DNA of 40,409 nt from Acidobacteria bacterium AH-259-O06 (GCA_027717865.1 JALLOM010000003.1:1-40409), one strand, 5' to 3'. Numbered from the stretch's first letter, positions 20,247 to 32,232 are shown. Program-made: numbers and translations. The notes: generated from the sequence alone by a model not told the origin.

Positions 20247-21443
20247 ATGTCCTTCGCTAAGCATCTTGAGTGTTCCCGCTGCGGTAAGACCTTTTCACCC
20301 CGGGCACTGCACACTCTTTGCCTGAGTTGCCAGTCCCCGCTTCTGGTCCGCTACCATCTGGATGAGATTAAACGGAGAAGTAAGAAGACAGCCTTGATCA
20401 ACCGACCACCTAATATGTGGCGATACCACGAGGTTATGCCTGTGGACAGCCACCACGATATTGTCAGTCTGGGTGAAGGATACACCCCGCTTCTACAATT
20501 GAAACGATTGGGATCCAGCCATGGTCTTTCTGCCTTGTATGTGAAAGACGAGTCCCTGAATCCTACCGGAACCTTCAAGGCTCGAGGGCTCTCAGCGGCT
20601 GTGTCCATGGCCCGTAAATTGGGTGTGAAAAAAGTTGCCATCCCCACAGCAGGCAATGCCGGTGGAGCATTGGCTGCATATGGTGCTAGGGCCGGTATGG
20701 AAGTTTTTGTCTTCATGCCCAAGGATACCCCTTTGGCAAACGTGGTTGAAACAAAAATGGCGGGGGCACATGTAGAGCTCATCGATGGGCTCATTACCGA
20801 CGCAGCTCGGATTGTTGCCGAACGCAAGGACAAAGCGGGATGGTTTGACCTCTCTACCCTCAAGGAGCCCTACCGGATCGAAGGGAAGAAGACCATGGGT
20901 TACGAGTTGGCCGAGCAATTCCAGTGGCAGCTCCCCGATGTGATTGTCTATCCCACGGGGGGAGGCACCGGTTTAATCGGCATGTGGAAGGCTTTCACCG
21001 AGATGGAGGAGCTGGGCTGGATCGACGAAAAACGTCCTCGAATGGTCGCCGTCCAGTCCGAGGGTTGTGCACCCATTGTGAAAGCCTTTCAGGAGGGCAA
21101 GGATTCCGCGGAGGTTTGGGTCTCTCCTCGGACCTTTGCCTCCGGCATTCGCGTTCCCAAGGCAATTGGGGACTTCTTGATCCTTCGGGTGTTAAGGCAG
21201 AGCCGAGGGCAGGCAGTGAGTGTAACTGATTTGGAAATCTACCAGGCTATCCACCAAGTTGGATCCTCTGAGGGTTTGTTCCTGGGGCCTGAAGGGGCAG
21301 CCTGTTGGACGGCTGTAAAAAAGTTGCGGGAAAGGCAATGGATTGGCCGCGAAGAAAAAGTGGTTCTTTTGAACACCGGTTCAGGACTCAAATACCTTGA
21401 TTCGCTTCAACACTTTGAAAAACAATCGTTCCCCGGTGAGTAA
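20247..21443 (+). CDS. thrC: Threonine synthase (PLP, Zn-ribbon type)
   Basis: CSRC/CLSC N-terminus, SLGEGYTPL, NPTGTFKARG (PLP lysine), PTAGNAG, EGKKTMGYE, PTGGGTG, NTGSGLKY. Confidence 0.9.
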   Translation: MSFAKHLECSRCGKTFSPRALHTLCLSCQSPLLVRYHLDEIKRRSKKTALINRPPNMWRYHEVMPVDSHHDIVSLGEGYTPLLQLKRLGSSHGLSALYVKDESLNPTGTFKARGLSAAVSMARKLGVKKVAIPTAGNAGGALAAYGARAGMEVFVFMPKDTPLANVVETKMAGAHVELIDGLITDAARIVAERKDKAGWFDLSTLKEPYRIEGKKTMGYELAEQFQWQLPDVIVYPTGGGTGLIGMWKAFTEMEELGWIDEKRPRMVAVQSEGCAPIVKAFQEGKDSAEVWVSPRTFASGIRVPKAIGDFLILRVLRQSRGQAVSVTDLEIYQAIHQVGSSEGLFLGPEGAACWTAVKKLRERQWIGREEKVVLLNTGSGLKYLDSLQHFEKQSFPGE

Positions 21444-21600
21444 GATCGCACTTTTACATATTTTGTAAAACTTTTTTAGAATAACTGCATCTAAGTTGGC
21501 AGGGTGATTCTTATGGGCAGGGGCCAGTCTTCTCTCCTCCTTGGAAGTCCCGACAGGACACACCCCAAATCGCTGGCCCCTTCCCGCCTTTGATGTTCGG

Positions 21601-22560
21601 TTAGACTGATTGCGGCGTCAAGTCTTTTTTGAAGTCAGCCCCATTTTTTTCGCGCACGTGATAGATTTCGGAGTTGATTTCGCCTCCCAGCAGCAAGAAA
21701 AAACTGGAAAGGTAAAACCAGATCATCAGCACAATGAGGGCTCCCAGACTTCCATATAGTCTCTGATAAATTTCGTAGCTGACGAATCGATTGACGCAAA
21801 AGGCGAATCCTCTGGATCCGACAATCCACCCCAGGGTGGCAATCATACTGCCCGGAGATAGAAGAGTCCAGGGAAGGCGCCGTGCCAGAAGAGCAGTGTA
21901 AACAATTTGGATTCCGATGTTGAGTAAAAGGAAGATCAAAATCCAACGACTGGCGAAGTAAATGGTTCCTAGATGAGCCCGAAAGGAAGGATAGGGTTCG
22001 ATTGTGATTCGACTCAGAAGCAGTTTGATAAGCCAGTCGCCAAAAAAAAGAAGAATCCCTGAATTGATCACAAAAATTGATACCAGAATCGTCACACCCA
22101 CCGCGACCAAGCGTACTTTGAAGTAGGAGCGCGGATCCCGAATCGCGTAGGCTCGATTCAGCACTCCTCCAATCGCATTAAAGGCTATCGATGCCCACCA
22201 CAGTGCCAACAAAATGCCCAGGGAGAGCACTCCGGTGTTGCCGGCATTGACCAGGTTAACGGCGATGTTGCGAACCCAGGTGTAGGTCCTCTCGGGTAGA
22301 AACTGATGCATTTCAAGCAGCATCTTCTCGAGTAGTCCCGGCTCCAGAGGGATCAAACCAATGAGTGCGCTGAGGAAAATGAGGAAGGGAAAGAAGGCCA
22401 GTAAGAAGTAGTAACTCAATTGGGCGGCCGTCCCCCAGCAATCATCCCCATCCATCTCCTTCCATAGATCTTTCCAAAATTTCCCCTTAGAAAGGTACTG
22501 GAAGGCGTCCAAATCCAATCTCACGGGATTATAATGGAAGGCGTCCGAATCCAATCTCAT
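21601..22560 (-). CDS. YihY/BrkB-family inner-membrane protein
   Basis: AAQLSYYFLLAFFPFL, LNRAY, YGSLGALIVLMIWFYLS, LLGGEIN; multiple TM segments. Start is ATG 22560 or GTG 22524. Confidence 0.9.
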   Translation of the reverse strand: MRLDSDAFHYNPVRLDLDAFQYLSKGKFWKDLWKEMDGDDCWGTAAQLSYYFLLAFFPFLIFLSALIGLIPLEPGLLEKMLLEMHQFLPERTYTWVRNIAVNLVNAGNTGVLSLGILLALWWASIAFNAIGGVLNRAYAIRDPRSYFKVRLVAVGVTILVSIFVINSGILLFFGDWLIKLLLSRITIEPYPSFRAHLGTIYFASRWILIFLLLNIGIQIVYTALLARRLPWTLLSPGSMIATLGWIVGSRGFAFCVNRFVSYEIYQRLYGSLGALIVLMIWFYLSSFFLLLGGEINSEIYHVREKNGADFKKDLTPQSV

Positions 22561-22566
22561 GGGATT
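22499..22566. repeat. 36-bp-period tandem duplication at the YihY start
   Basis: tggaaggcgtccaaatccaatctcacgggatt versus tggaaggcgtccgaatccaatctcatgggatt (30/32 identical). Confidence 0.9.
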
Positions 22567-22591
22567 TAACGACTGATACACCCACCGGGGG

Positions 22592-22810
22592 TCAGAGGGA
22601 AGCCTGGTACGAGGTAAGAATAAAACGATATTCTTCAAAACAGCGCTGGCACTTAAACAGGTGGTCAATGGTATCGATAACTTCCATATCGGAAAGCTGT
22701 TTCTTAGCCAGAGAATGCAGTTTCAATGAGTCCACATGAGTCCTCCCATTATTGGCGGGAAATGTGATCGTGAACATGATTTTGGTGATGATCGGAGTGC
22801 TCATGCGCAC
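22592..22810 (-). CDS. Small protein with zf-HC2 (ZAS anti-sigma-like) motif
   Basis: TH(V)...DHLFKCQRC gives H..HxxxCxxC. Start is uncertain. Confidence 0.55.
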   Translation of the reverse strand: MRMSTPIITKIMFTITFPANNGRTHVDSLKLHSLAKKQLSDMEVIDTIDHLFKCQRCFEEYRFILTSYQASL

Positions 22811-22822
22811 CTGTTATGATAA

Positions 22823-24913
<2,091 letters not shown>

Positions 24914-24991
24914 CCGTCAGTTACTGAAGTCCGGCTAGTCCTCGAACAACTAGCCGGGCGGTGATATGATCAATTTTTACAGGAGTGAAGC

Positions 24992-26017
24992 ATGAAACGC
25001 ATCGCCATCCATTTAGCCCTTCTGACTTTTGTGGTGTCGGCAGATCTTTCTGCTCAGCAAGAGCCAGGCGGTCGAGACACACAACCGACCGAACGCTCCA
25101 CTAGTCGGAGCGGAATAATCGTGGGACGTATTCAACTCCCTCGCGGGGAGCATCAGATCCCTCGAATGATCACAGTGACCTTGAATACTATGGGCGGAAG
25201 TTTCCTGCAAAGAAAGACTATGAACAGTGAAGTGTCCTTCATATTTGCTAACGTTCGCAACGGTCACTACATCATTACCTTAGAAAGTCTTGGATACCAA
25301 ACGGTGGAAAAGACTATCGAAGTCAGGACTTTTCTGCCCAATGACGAGACTTTCGTGCCTCTAACCCTGGGCAGGCGTTTGCCCGAGGGTGACATGGGGG
25401 TCCCTAGAGGTTACGGGAGCGAGCTCTCCGCAGCGTCGCTTTTGATTCCCCAAAAGGCGCGTAAGGAGTTAGAAAAGGCCAACCGCGAGAGCGAAAACAA
25501 CAAGCCAGAGAAGGCCATCCAACATCTGCAGAAAGCCTTGGAGATCTATCCCGAACTGTACCAGGCTTACAATAACCTGGCCGTGCAGTACGTTCGTCTG
25601 GGTCGAACAGCAGAGGCCATCGACTCGCTGCAGAAGTCGGTTGGCTTAAATCCCGACGATGCAACAATCTGTCGCAATTTGGCGCAGCTTTACCTGGGCC
25701 AAGGGTCTTACGGCGAAGCGCTGGTGCCGTTGAAGCGCTCACTGGAACTGGATGCGCAAAACAGCAAAGGCCGGATGCTTTTAGGTGAGGTGTACCTGGG
25801 TATGGGCCAGTACCTCTTGGCGCTCAATTATTTTCACAGCGCCGCTCGCGAAAACCCGAAAGACCGCTCCTATCTCGGAATCGGGCAGTGTTATCTTCAG
25901 CTTGGACTTCATAAGGAGGCGTTGCAGGAATTCAAGGGATTTATTGCCCAAGAACCGAAGGACCCGCGAGCGGGAAGTGTCCGCGAGATGATCTCCCAAC
26001 TGGAGAAAGAATTGTAG
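24992..26017 (+). CDS. Secreted protein with carboxypeptidase-regulatory-like N-terminal domain and TPR repeats
   Basis: Signal peptide, FIFANVRNGHYIITLESLGYQ, TPR units such as AIQHLQKALEIYPELYQAYNNLAVQY; GGAG RBS. Confidence 0.85.
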   Translation: MKRIAIHLALLTFVVSADLSAQQEPGGRDTQPTERSTSRSGIIVGRIQLPRGEHQIPRMITVTLNTMGGSFLQRKTMNSEVSFIFANVRNGHYIITLESLGYQTVEKTIEVRTFLPNDETFVPLTLGRRLPEGDMGVPRGYGSELSAASLLIPQKARKELEKANRESENNKPEKAIQHLQKALEIYPELYQAYNNLAVQYVRLGRTAEAIDSLQKSVGLNPDDATICRNLAQLYLGQGSYGEALVPLKRSLELDAQNSKGRMLLGEVYLGMGQYLLALNYFHSAARENPKDRSYLGIGQCYLQLGLHKEALQEFKGFIAQEPKDPRAGSVREMISQLEKEL

Positions 26018-26033
26018 GAGTTGGGGGTCAGAC

Positions 26034-27329
26034 CTAGACCTCCGGATACTTCCAGGGTGTGCGGTAGGGACGACTGAGCAATGTGTTGGCTTCGGGATCG
26101 CCGATGATCATTTCTTTTTCGCCGTCCCATTGGACGCTGCGCCCCAACTTCAGCGACAGCATGCCGAGCAGACTCATATTGGTTGCACGCTGACCGATTT
26201 CAATGTCGCACGCAGGTCGCCTATTGTTCTTGATGCTGTGTAGGAAATCCGCCCAGAGCTCGCGAATATTTTGATCGTCCGGCTTGTTTAAGTGCGGGTC
26301 TTGGTGGATGATCGGTTTGCCTTTTTTGCTCGGATAAAAAGTCCAGCCATCTTGCCAGCCCATGTGGAAGGTACCTTCGGTACCATAGAAATAGCAGCCG
26401 ATGTTGGATTTCTCAGCTTCATTGCCGGCGTATCGACGGTGCTCCCAAACTGCAGTGAAGGATTCGAACTCGAAACTGGCCACCTGGGTGTCGGGCGCAT
26501 CGGTGTTGTCCTCTTTGATATGGCGGCCGCCGGTAGAAAAAACCTTACGCGGATATTTTTCTTCAGTCCACCACAGGATCTGATCCATCCAGTGGATACC
26601 CCAGTCAGCCAAAGTGCCGTTGGCAAAATCGAGGAATTGGCGGAAACCCTTGGGATGAATTTTCTGGTTGAAAGGGCGCAGAGGTGCCGGACCGCACCAC
26701 ATGTTCCAGTCTAAGCCTGGAGGTGCTTCGGAGTCCGGAGTCGGCCCACCCGGTCCGCCGGGATAATGTACAAACGCGCGGACCATGCCAATCTTACCGG
26801 CCTTGCCTAATTTTAGAAACTCCATGCCCGATTTGTTGTGGGGCGAAACGCGGCGATGGGTGCCGACCTGGACGACACGGTCATAGTCGCGCGCCGCTTT
26901 CACCATAGCACGTCCTTCGTTGATGGTATGGCTGATAGGCTTCTCCACGTAGACATGAGCCCCCGCCCTGAGGGCGGCGATGGTGCAGAGCGCATGCCAA
27001 TGGTCGGGTGTGGCCACAATGACGATCTGGGGTTTTTCTTTGGCCAGGAGTTCCCGGTAGTCTTTATATTTTTGGGGCCTGTCTCCGGAGAGTTTTTCTA
27101 CCTCTTGAAAGGCAGGGTCTAACTGATTCTGGTCCACATCGCACATGGCCACGATCTTACTCTCGCCGGCCTCCATCGCGCAGCGCAAGATGTTCATACC
27201 CCACCAACCGCTTCCGATTAAAGCAGTCCTGTATGTTTGATTCCTTGTAACGCCGATGATGGGCACAGCCGAGAGAACCATGCCGGTCCCAAGGGAAGTC
27301 TTAATAAAGTCTCTGCGATTCACTTTCAT
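26034..27329 (-). CDS. Tat-signal Gfo/Idh/MocA oxidoreductase
   Basis: NRRDFIK twin-arginine signal, ALIGSGWWG, VATPDHWHA, HVYVEKP, DWGIHWMD. Confidence 0.92.
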   Translation of the reverse strand: MKVNRRDFIKTSLGTGMVLSAVPIIGVTRNQTYRTALIGSGWWGMNILRCAMEAGESKIVAMCDVDQNQLDPAFQEVEKLSGDRPQKYKDYRELLAKEKPQIVIVATPDHWHALCTIAALRAGAHVYVEKPISHTINEGRAMVKAARDYDRVVQVGTHRRVSPHNKSGMEFLKLGKAGKIGMVRAFVHYPGGPGGPTPDSEAPPGLDWNMWCGPAPLRPFNQKIHPKGFRQFLDFANGTLADWGIHWMDQILWWTEEKYPRKVFSTGGRHIKEDNTDAPDTQVASFEFESFTAVWEHRRYAGNEAEKSNIGCYFYGTEGTFHMGWQDGWTFYPSKKGKPIIHQDPHLNKPDDQNIRELWADFLHSIKNNRRPACDIEIGQRATNMSLLGMLSLKLGRSVQWDGEKEMIIGDPEANTLLSRPYRTPWKYPEV

Positions 27330-27437
27330 AGGTATTTACTCGACTATATTAATGGTTAAAGGTTTGGCTTCAGCCGACAGTGGGCCAAATAATAGCATGG
27401 TCAACACAGATAGTCGACGACAATAACGGCCCGTACG

Positions 27438-27520
27438 AAGTTCCGAGTTCTGGGTTGCAAGTTCAAAGTTCCATCGTGGACGTTGCCACTTGTCAGCTGT
27501 CAGTTGTCGGCTGTCAGTTG
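27438..27520. repeat. Two heptamer arrays (AAGTTCC-type; TCAGCTG/TCAGTTG-type)
   Basis: aagttcc gagttct gggttgc aagttca aagttcc; tcagctg tcagttg tcggctg tcagttg. Confidence 0.8.
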
Positions 27521-27522
27521 AT

Positions 27523-28869
27523 TCACTGCTTGATGAGCGTCCCGTCACGGCGGCGGATGACCCCCCAACCACCGTTCAGTTTCTGACGTTCGCCCGCCTC
27601 AAAGCTGCCGAAAGGATACTTGCGCGCGGCCTTCTCATCCACCTCGATTCCCCAGCCAGGGGCCTCATTCGCATAAAGGTACCCGTTTTTCATAATCGGA
27701 CATCCCTGAAAGACCTCTTGAACACGCTCGGGAAAAGGGTAATATTCCTGTATTCCGAAATTGTAGCAGGCTAGATCCAAAGCCAGGTTGGCGGCATGGC
27801 CGATGGGGGATACGTCACCGGGACCATGCCAGGCCGTTCGCACGCCGAATATCTCGCCCAGTGCCGCTATTTTTCGGCAGGGCGTCAAACCGCCGGCCTG
27901 AGAGAGATGAACTCGGATAAAATCGATCAGCCTCTCCGCAATGAGCGATGTCCATTCGTGCGGACTGTTAAACAGCTCACCCATGGCCAGAGGCGTTGTG
28001 GAGTGTTGGCGGATCAATCGGAAATAGGCAATATCTTCAGGTGAGACCGGATCCTCCAGGAAGAAAAGCCTGAACTTTTCAACGTCCTTGCAAAACTGTA
28101 GGGCCTGACCCGGGCTAATCCGTTCGTGCACATCGTGCAGCAGCTCGATGTCTTCGCCGAGCTGTTTACGGCATTCTTCAAAGAGTTTCAGTGCGCGGCG
28201 AATCTAGACAGCCGGCTCGAACACGCGATCGTCATGCAGCTTCTGGACAGCCACCTGTCCACGTCTTGCCCCATAACCTGCCATTCCAGGGACACCCACC
28301 TGGACGCGGATGTGGCGAAAACCTTCCACCATGTAACGCCGAGCGTTTTCGATCACGTCGGAGATCTCGGCTCCGCTGGCGTGGCCATAGCAGTCGGCTG
28401 CTTCGCGGCACTTGCCGCCCAGCAGCTGGTAAACGGGCAGGCCCGCCTGGCGTCCCTTGATGTCCCACAGAGCCATGTCGACACCGCTGATCGCGTTGTT
28501 GAGGACGGGCCCGTTGCGCCAGTAGGAGCTGTTGTAGCAGGCCTGCCAGGTGTCGTCAATCCGATCGGCAGGCTTTCCGAGGAGAAAAGGTTTCAAGTAT
28601 TTCTCAACTGCCGGAATCACCAGATCGGCGCGCTGTGTAAACGTCGCACAGCCGTAACCGTAAAGACCATCCTGATCGGTGAGGACCTTCACCACCACCA
28701 GCCGCAGCCGGGCTGGAGCAGTGGCGATAACCTGAATGTCTTTGATCTTGGGGGAGGGCATTCCCCGCACTCTATGCTGCAAGCTTTCCTGGGCCGCCAG
28801 TTCTCGACCCGAAACCAGTCCTGCCAAGGCTCCACTCACCATCATCCGTAAAACGTTGCGCCTGTTCAT
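27523..28869 (-). pseudogene. Enolase-superfamily acid-sugar dehydratase (RspA/ManD family) interrupted by one in-frame TAG
   Basis: SYWRNGPVLNNAISGVDMALWDIKG, HDVHER, FFLEDP, MGELF, TAWHGP. The two track ORFs are in the same frame and read FEPAV*IRRALKLFEE across TAG 28206-28204. Confidence 0.88.
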
Positions 28870-28934
28870 TTAATGCCTCCTGGAACGAGCAATGCTAATA
28901 CGTGGACTTGCAAGTTCCAAGTGTCAAAGCTATT

Positions 28935-29027
28935 GAGCTGTCAGTCGTCAGCGGGTCAGGTGGTAAACGGGTCAGCAAGTCAGCGGGTCAGGTGGTCAGC
29001 CGGTCAGCTGTCAGCTGTCAGCTGATC
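28935..29027. repeat. TCAG-anchored 7/8-mer tandem array
   Basis: tcagtcg tcagcggg tcaggtgg taaacggg tcagcaag tcagcggg tcaggtgg tcagccgg tcagctg tcagctg tcagctg. Confidence 0.88.
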
Positions 29028-29712
29028 AGTGGCAGCCCATACAGCGGAAGTTGGTACCGTGGCAGATTGTGCAAGACGGCTTGTCTAGTTCGAAGCCTGT
29101 GCTGGAATGTAAATCGATATATTCGGGCGTGTGGCCGGCGGGCTTAATTTGGGCCTCGGGGGTGTGACAAAAGCTGCAACTGAAGGGCGGATCGATCTCG
29201 GTGTGACACACCAAGCAGTCTGCCATTTGCGGCAAGTTGTTCAGGCTGGAGAAGTCCGTCTCCCTGAGACCGCGATGGCATGCCGTACAGGGATTGTTTG
29301 TGTCGAGATGCTTTCGAATGTTCCCAGCTCTTCCCAGGTAACTGCCCTGATCAATTGCCGATGCCAGGAGCGGAGCAAGGTTCCCAAATTGGAGATGCCT
29401 CTGGTGGTTGAAACGAAAATCCCGGTGAGGTGACTCAAAAGGCTTTGCCTTTTCAGGGTCGATGTGGCAAAGCGTGCACTCCTTGCGGGCTTTCGTTCCG
29501 TTGTGGCACTGAAGACAAGTTTCCTCAAGCGGCAAGTTATTGTCGGAAGCAGAGCTGCTGCTCACCACAGCAGTATGACAATCCAAGCAGGTGGCCTTTG
29601 CCTGGGTGAGGTGAAAGCGATGAGAAAACTTTAGATTCTCAGATCGAGACGGGGGCGCTTGCGCAAGGTGGGAGAACTGAGCCAGGAGTATCCCGGCCAC
29701 GAACCCTCTCAT
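29026..29712 (-). CDS. Octaheme cytochrome c (c3/c7-like)
   Basis: Eight CxxCH motifs (CLDCH, CLQCH, CTLCH, CTACH, CLVCH, CSFCH, CTICH, CMGCH), FSHRFH/FNHQRH ligand motifs, signal peptide from ATG 29712 (ATGA overlap). Confidence 0.92.
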   Translation of the reverse strand: MRGFVAGILLAQFSHLAQAPPSRSENLKFSHRFHLTQAKATCLDCHTAVVSSSSASDNNLPLEETCLQCHNGTKARKECTLCHIDPEKAKPFESPHRDFRFNHQRHLQFGNLAPLLASAIDQGSYLGRAGNIRKHLDTNNPCTACHRGLRETDFSSLNNLPQMADCLVCHTEIDPPFSCSFCHTPEAQIKPAGHTPEYIDLHSSTGFELDKPSCTICHGTNFRCMGCH

Positions 29713-30905
29713 TCGTAAAAGATGCGCCAAACCTGGTTGCCTCCGTCCTCAGAGACCAACAACGAGCCGTCTTGCATCTGAAAGAGCCCGACCGGGCGGC
29801 CCCACACTTCTCGTTTGTCGGGATCGATCATAAAGCCGGTCAGAAAATCCTGTGGTCCGCTAACAGGTTTGCCCTCCCTAAAGGGAATAAAGGTCACTGA
29901 GTAGCCGATGCGGTTGGACCGATTCCAGGAGCCGTGAAAAGCGAGAAACGCCCCGCCTTGATATTCTTGAGGAAATTGTTCGCCGCTATAGAAGATCGCA
30001 TCGAGTACAGCCACGTGAGCGCCCAACAAGACGTCGGGGACGATGGTTTTTTTGACAAGATCCGGCCTCAGTCCCTCATTCCGCGGATCCTCGTTGGGGC
30101 CAACGTAGGCGTAGGGCCAGCCATAGAATCCTCCCTCTTTTATTGCAGTAAAATAATCGGGAACCAAGTCATCCCCCAGGCGATCACGTTCCTGAACGGC
30201 GGCCCACAAGGTTTGTGTTCCTGGATACCACCGGAGTCCGATAACATTACGCACTCCTGAGGCAACGATTTCATGTCCCGTTCCGTCCGGGTTGTAACGG
30301 TGTATCGCGGCACGACGTGGATCGTCTCCTGTGGAGACATTCGATCTTGAACCAATGGTCAAATACATCTTCCTGTCTTCTCGATCAAAGAGGACCGTAC
30401 GAGTCCAGTGACCTTGTCCAAAGTCTTTCATGGAGACGACCTCCTCACCAGGACTCGCCAGTGTCATCGTTTTGGCATCGTAATTGTAACGCTTCAACGA
30501 GGTTGTTTCGGCGATATAAAGATAGTCTTTCCAGAAAGCGAGGCCGTAGGGCCGATCCAGGCCGTCAATGAGCTTCTGCTTCGAGTCCGCCTTAAAGTCC
30601 TTGTCCTTATCGAGCAAAACATAAACAGCGCCATTCTCGACGCTATCGCTAATCAAAATCTCTTTGCTGGGACCTTCGGCCATGAAGCGAGGGCGTTCAA
30701 ATCCTTGTGCATAAACATGAATATTGAACCCTTTGGGGAGCTTCAGCTCAGCGCCTTCAGGGCGAGAAATGACTTGGGGACGGTTATTAACCGAAGGCGT
30801 GTCAAACGGCTTAGGCAGCGGTGGGTGCTTTAATTGGAAGGCCACGGAAACGGATGCAAGGACTGCCAAACTTACAGAGAGAAAAGTTAGCTGAATCTTT
30901 TTCAT
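29709..30905 (-). CDS. Secreted glucose/sorbosone dehydrogenase-family (PQQ-type beta-propeller) protein
   Basis: Signal peptide, GHWTR, ASGVRNVIGL, ERDRLGDDLVPDY, FYGWPY, FHGSWNRS, WGRPVG. Confidence 0.9.
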   Translation of the reverse strand: MKKIQLTFLSVSLAVLASVSVAFQLKHPPLPKPFDTPSVNNRPQVISRPEGAELKLPKGFNIHVYAQGFERPRFMAEGPSKEILISDSVENGAVYVLLDKDKDFKADSKQKLIDGLDRPYGLAFWKDYLYIAETTSLKRYNYDAKTMTLASPGEEVVSMKDFGQGHWTRTVLFDREDRKMYLTIGSRSNVSTGDDPRRAAIHRYNPDGTGHEIVASGVRNVIGLRWYPGTQTLWAAVQERDRLGDDLVPDYFTAIKEGGFYGWPYAYVGPNEDPRNEGLRPDLVKKTIVPDVLLGAHVAVLDAIFYSGEQFPQEYQGGAFLAFHGSWNRSNRIGYSVTFIPFREGKPVSGPQDFLTGFMIDPDKREVWGRPVGLFQMQDGSLLVSEDGGNQVWRIFYE

Positions 30906-31006
30906 TTTCTTATTCCCTTTCTAATCCAAGAATCGCCGGCTGAAGCTGCCATTCTTGCGTAAGTAAACAGTCGCCGTCAATTCGGAGCATTTTTGTGCTG
31001 AGAATC

Positions 31007-31083
31007 GTAGGGGCGAGCCGGCGGCTCGCCCGAACCGGACACCCAACGAGAACTGCTCGGGCGAACCACCGGCTCGCCCCTAC
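31007..31083. repeat. REPIN: inverted pair of GTAG-type REP palindromes
   Basis: GTAG-GGGCGAGCCG-G-CGGCTCGCCC (31007-31031) and inverted copy GGGCGAACCACCGGCTCGCCC-CTAC (31059-31083). Confidence 0.85.
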
Positions 31084-31484
31084 ACGTTCTGAACAGTGTC
31101 CCCGTGACGGCGAAGAACCGTCTGAGTCCAAGAGACTGAACCCACTCCCGGAAGTTGCTGGGAGCGGCGATCTCAACCTTGTGGGCGCGATTTTGCAATG
31201 CCAATCCCAGGGCGAGAACCGGCTGAACATCTCCACGTGTACCGTGTGGGGCCAGCGAGCATATTCGAATTTATGCAACGAGGCACTGGGGTGGCGCCCG
31301 ACCAGACTTCACACGTCCGAACTGCTTTCTAACACCCGACAACCCTGTCGGAACAGACCGTCACAGTCGACCGTGGGGCTTCTCAAAGTTGTGTCGAAGC
31401 CCAAGAGCACAGCGCGTTCCTACCTTCACTTTTGGAATTGCTCCTGAACGCGCTCCCGAGTTTCTCTCTCATCTCGGAGCGGAG

Positions 31485-32099
31485 TCAAGGCCGGCCTCTT
31501 TCCTTCCTGGTGCCTTTTTTCTTCTTTGCAGGTTTTCTCTCTCCAGTTGCCCTCCTCTCGGGCGCTCTCCTGGCGCGCTCCAATTCCCTGAGTTTGGTCC
31601 GCTGTTCGTCGCCGAGGACACTCCTTGCATCCAACATGGCATTCATCGCAGACTGGGATAACTGCATGCGAATCCGGCCGATTTCCTGCATTTTTTGATT
31701 GACCGCAGCTCGATCTGGATTCTTCGCTCGCATCAAGTGGTCCAGTTCCAGGCGCTGAACCTGAAGTGCGGCATGCTGCTCTATGAGGGCTTTGGCAGAG
31801 TTGAGGCGGATTTCCTGAAGCCGGTTTTTCTGTTCTTCGGTGAGGCCCACCTCTTTCTGCACCTCAGGGCGCTGCAGCGCCCTCCAAATGCCACCCGGGC
31901 GTTGGGCTGCGGGCCGGCGAGAGCGAAATCGGCCGGGGCCCCGCTGCGACCCACGCCGGACCTCGATCCTTCTCTCGATTACCGGCCCGGGCCTGGAGGG
32001 TTCCCGCATCGGGCCTTGCTGCCCAAACAGGAATGGAGAAGAAACGAAACATCCGGCCCAGTATAGGACAACGATTTTGACGTTCTTTCGGAGCAACAT
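31485..32099 (-). CDS. Spy/CpxP-like periplasmic helical protein
   Basis: Signal peptide, EVGLTEEQKNRL and RSVLGDEQRTKL (LTxxQ-like motifs), PDRAAV; GAGG RBS. Confidence 0.8.
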   Translation of the reverse strand: MLLRKNVKIVVLYWAGCFVSSPFLFGQQGPMREPSRPGPVIERRIEVRRGSQRGPGRFRSRRPAAQRPGGIWRALQRPEVQKEVGLTEEQKNRLQEIRLNSAKALIEQHAALQVQRLELDHLMRAKNPDRAAVNQKMQEIGRIRMQLSQSAMNAMLDARSVLGDEQRTKLRELERARRAPERRATGERKPAKKKKGTRKERGRP

Positions 32100-32122
32100 A
32101 ATCGATTACCTCTGCCTAAGAC

Positions 32123-32148
32123 TACGGGGTGCGGTCTGTTTTGTTTCC
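32123..32148 (-). promoter_or_regulatory. Putative ECF sigma promoter GGAAAC-N16-CGTA
   Basis: Minus strand GGAAAC 32148-32143, 16-nt spacer, CGTA 32126-32123, ending 23 nt before the ATG. Confidence 0.6.
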
Positions 32149-32232
32149 CGGGCCGGTTAAATAGAAGGTACAGGTAATAAATCCAACAGGAACTGCTGTA
32201 AGTCTTTGATTCCCAAAATGTTTTGCTTTACA

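Noticed and set aside
21450-21477. TTTTACA-N5-TGTAAAA hairpin as a terminator between thrC and YihY
   Set aside because: The stem is AT-rich and weak, so support is insufficient.
30910-31447. ORFs 30910-31278 and 30995-31447
   Set aside because: They translate through the REPIN (VGASRRLAR-type peptides) and show no protein-family features.
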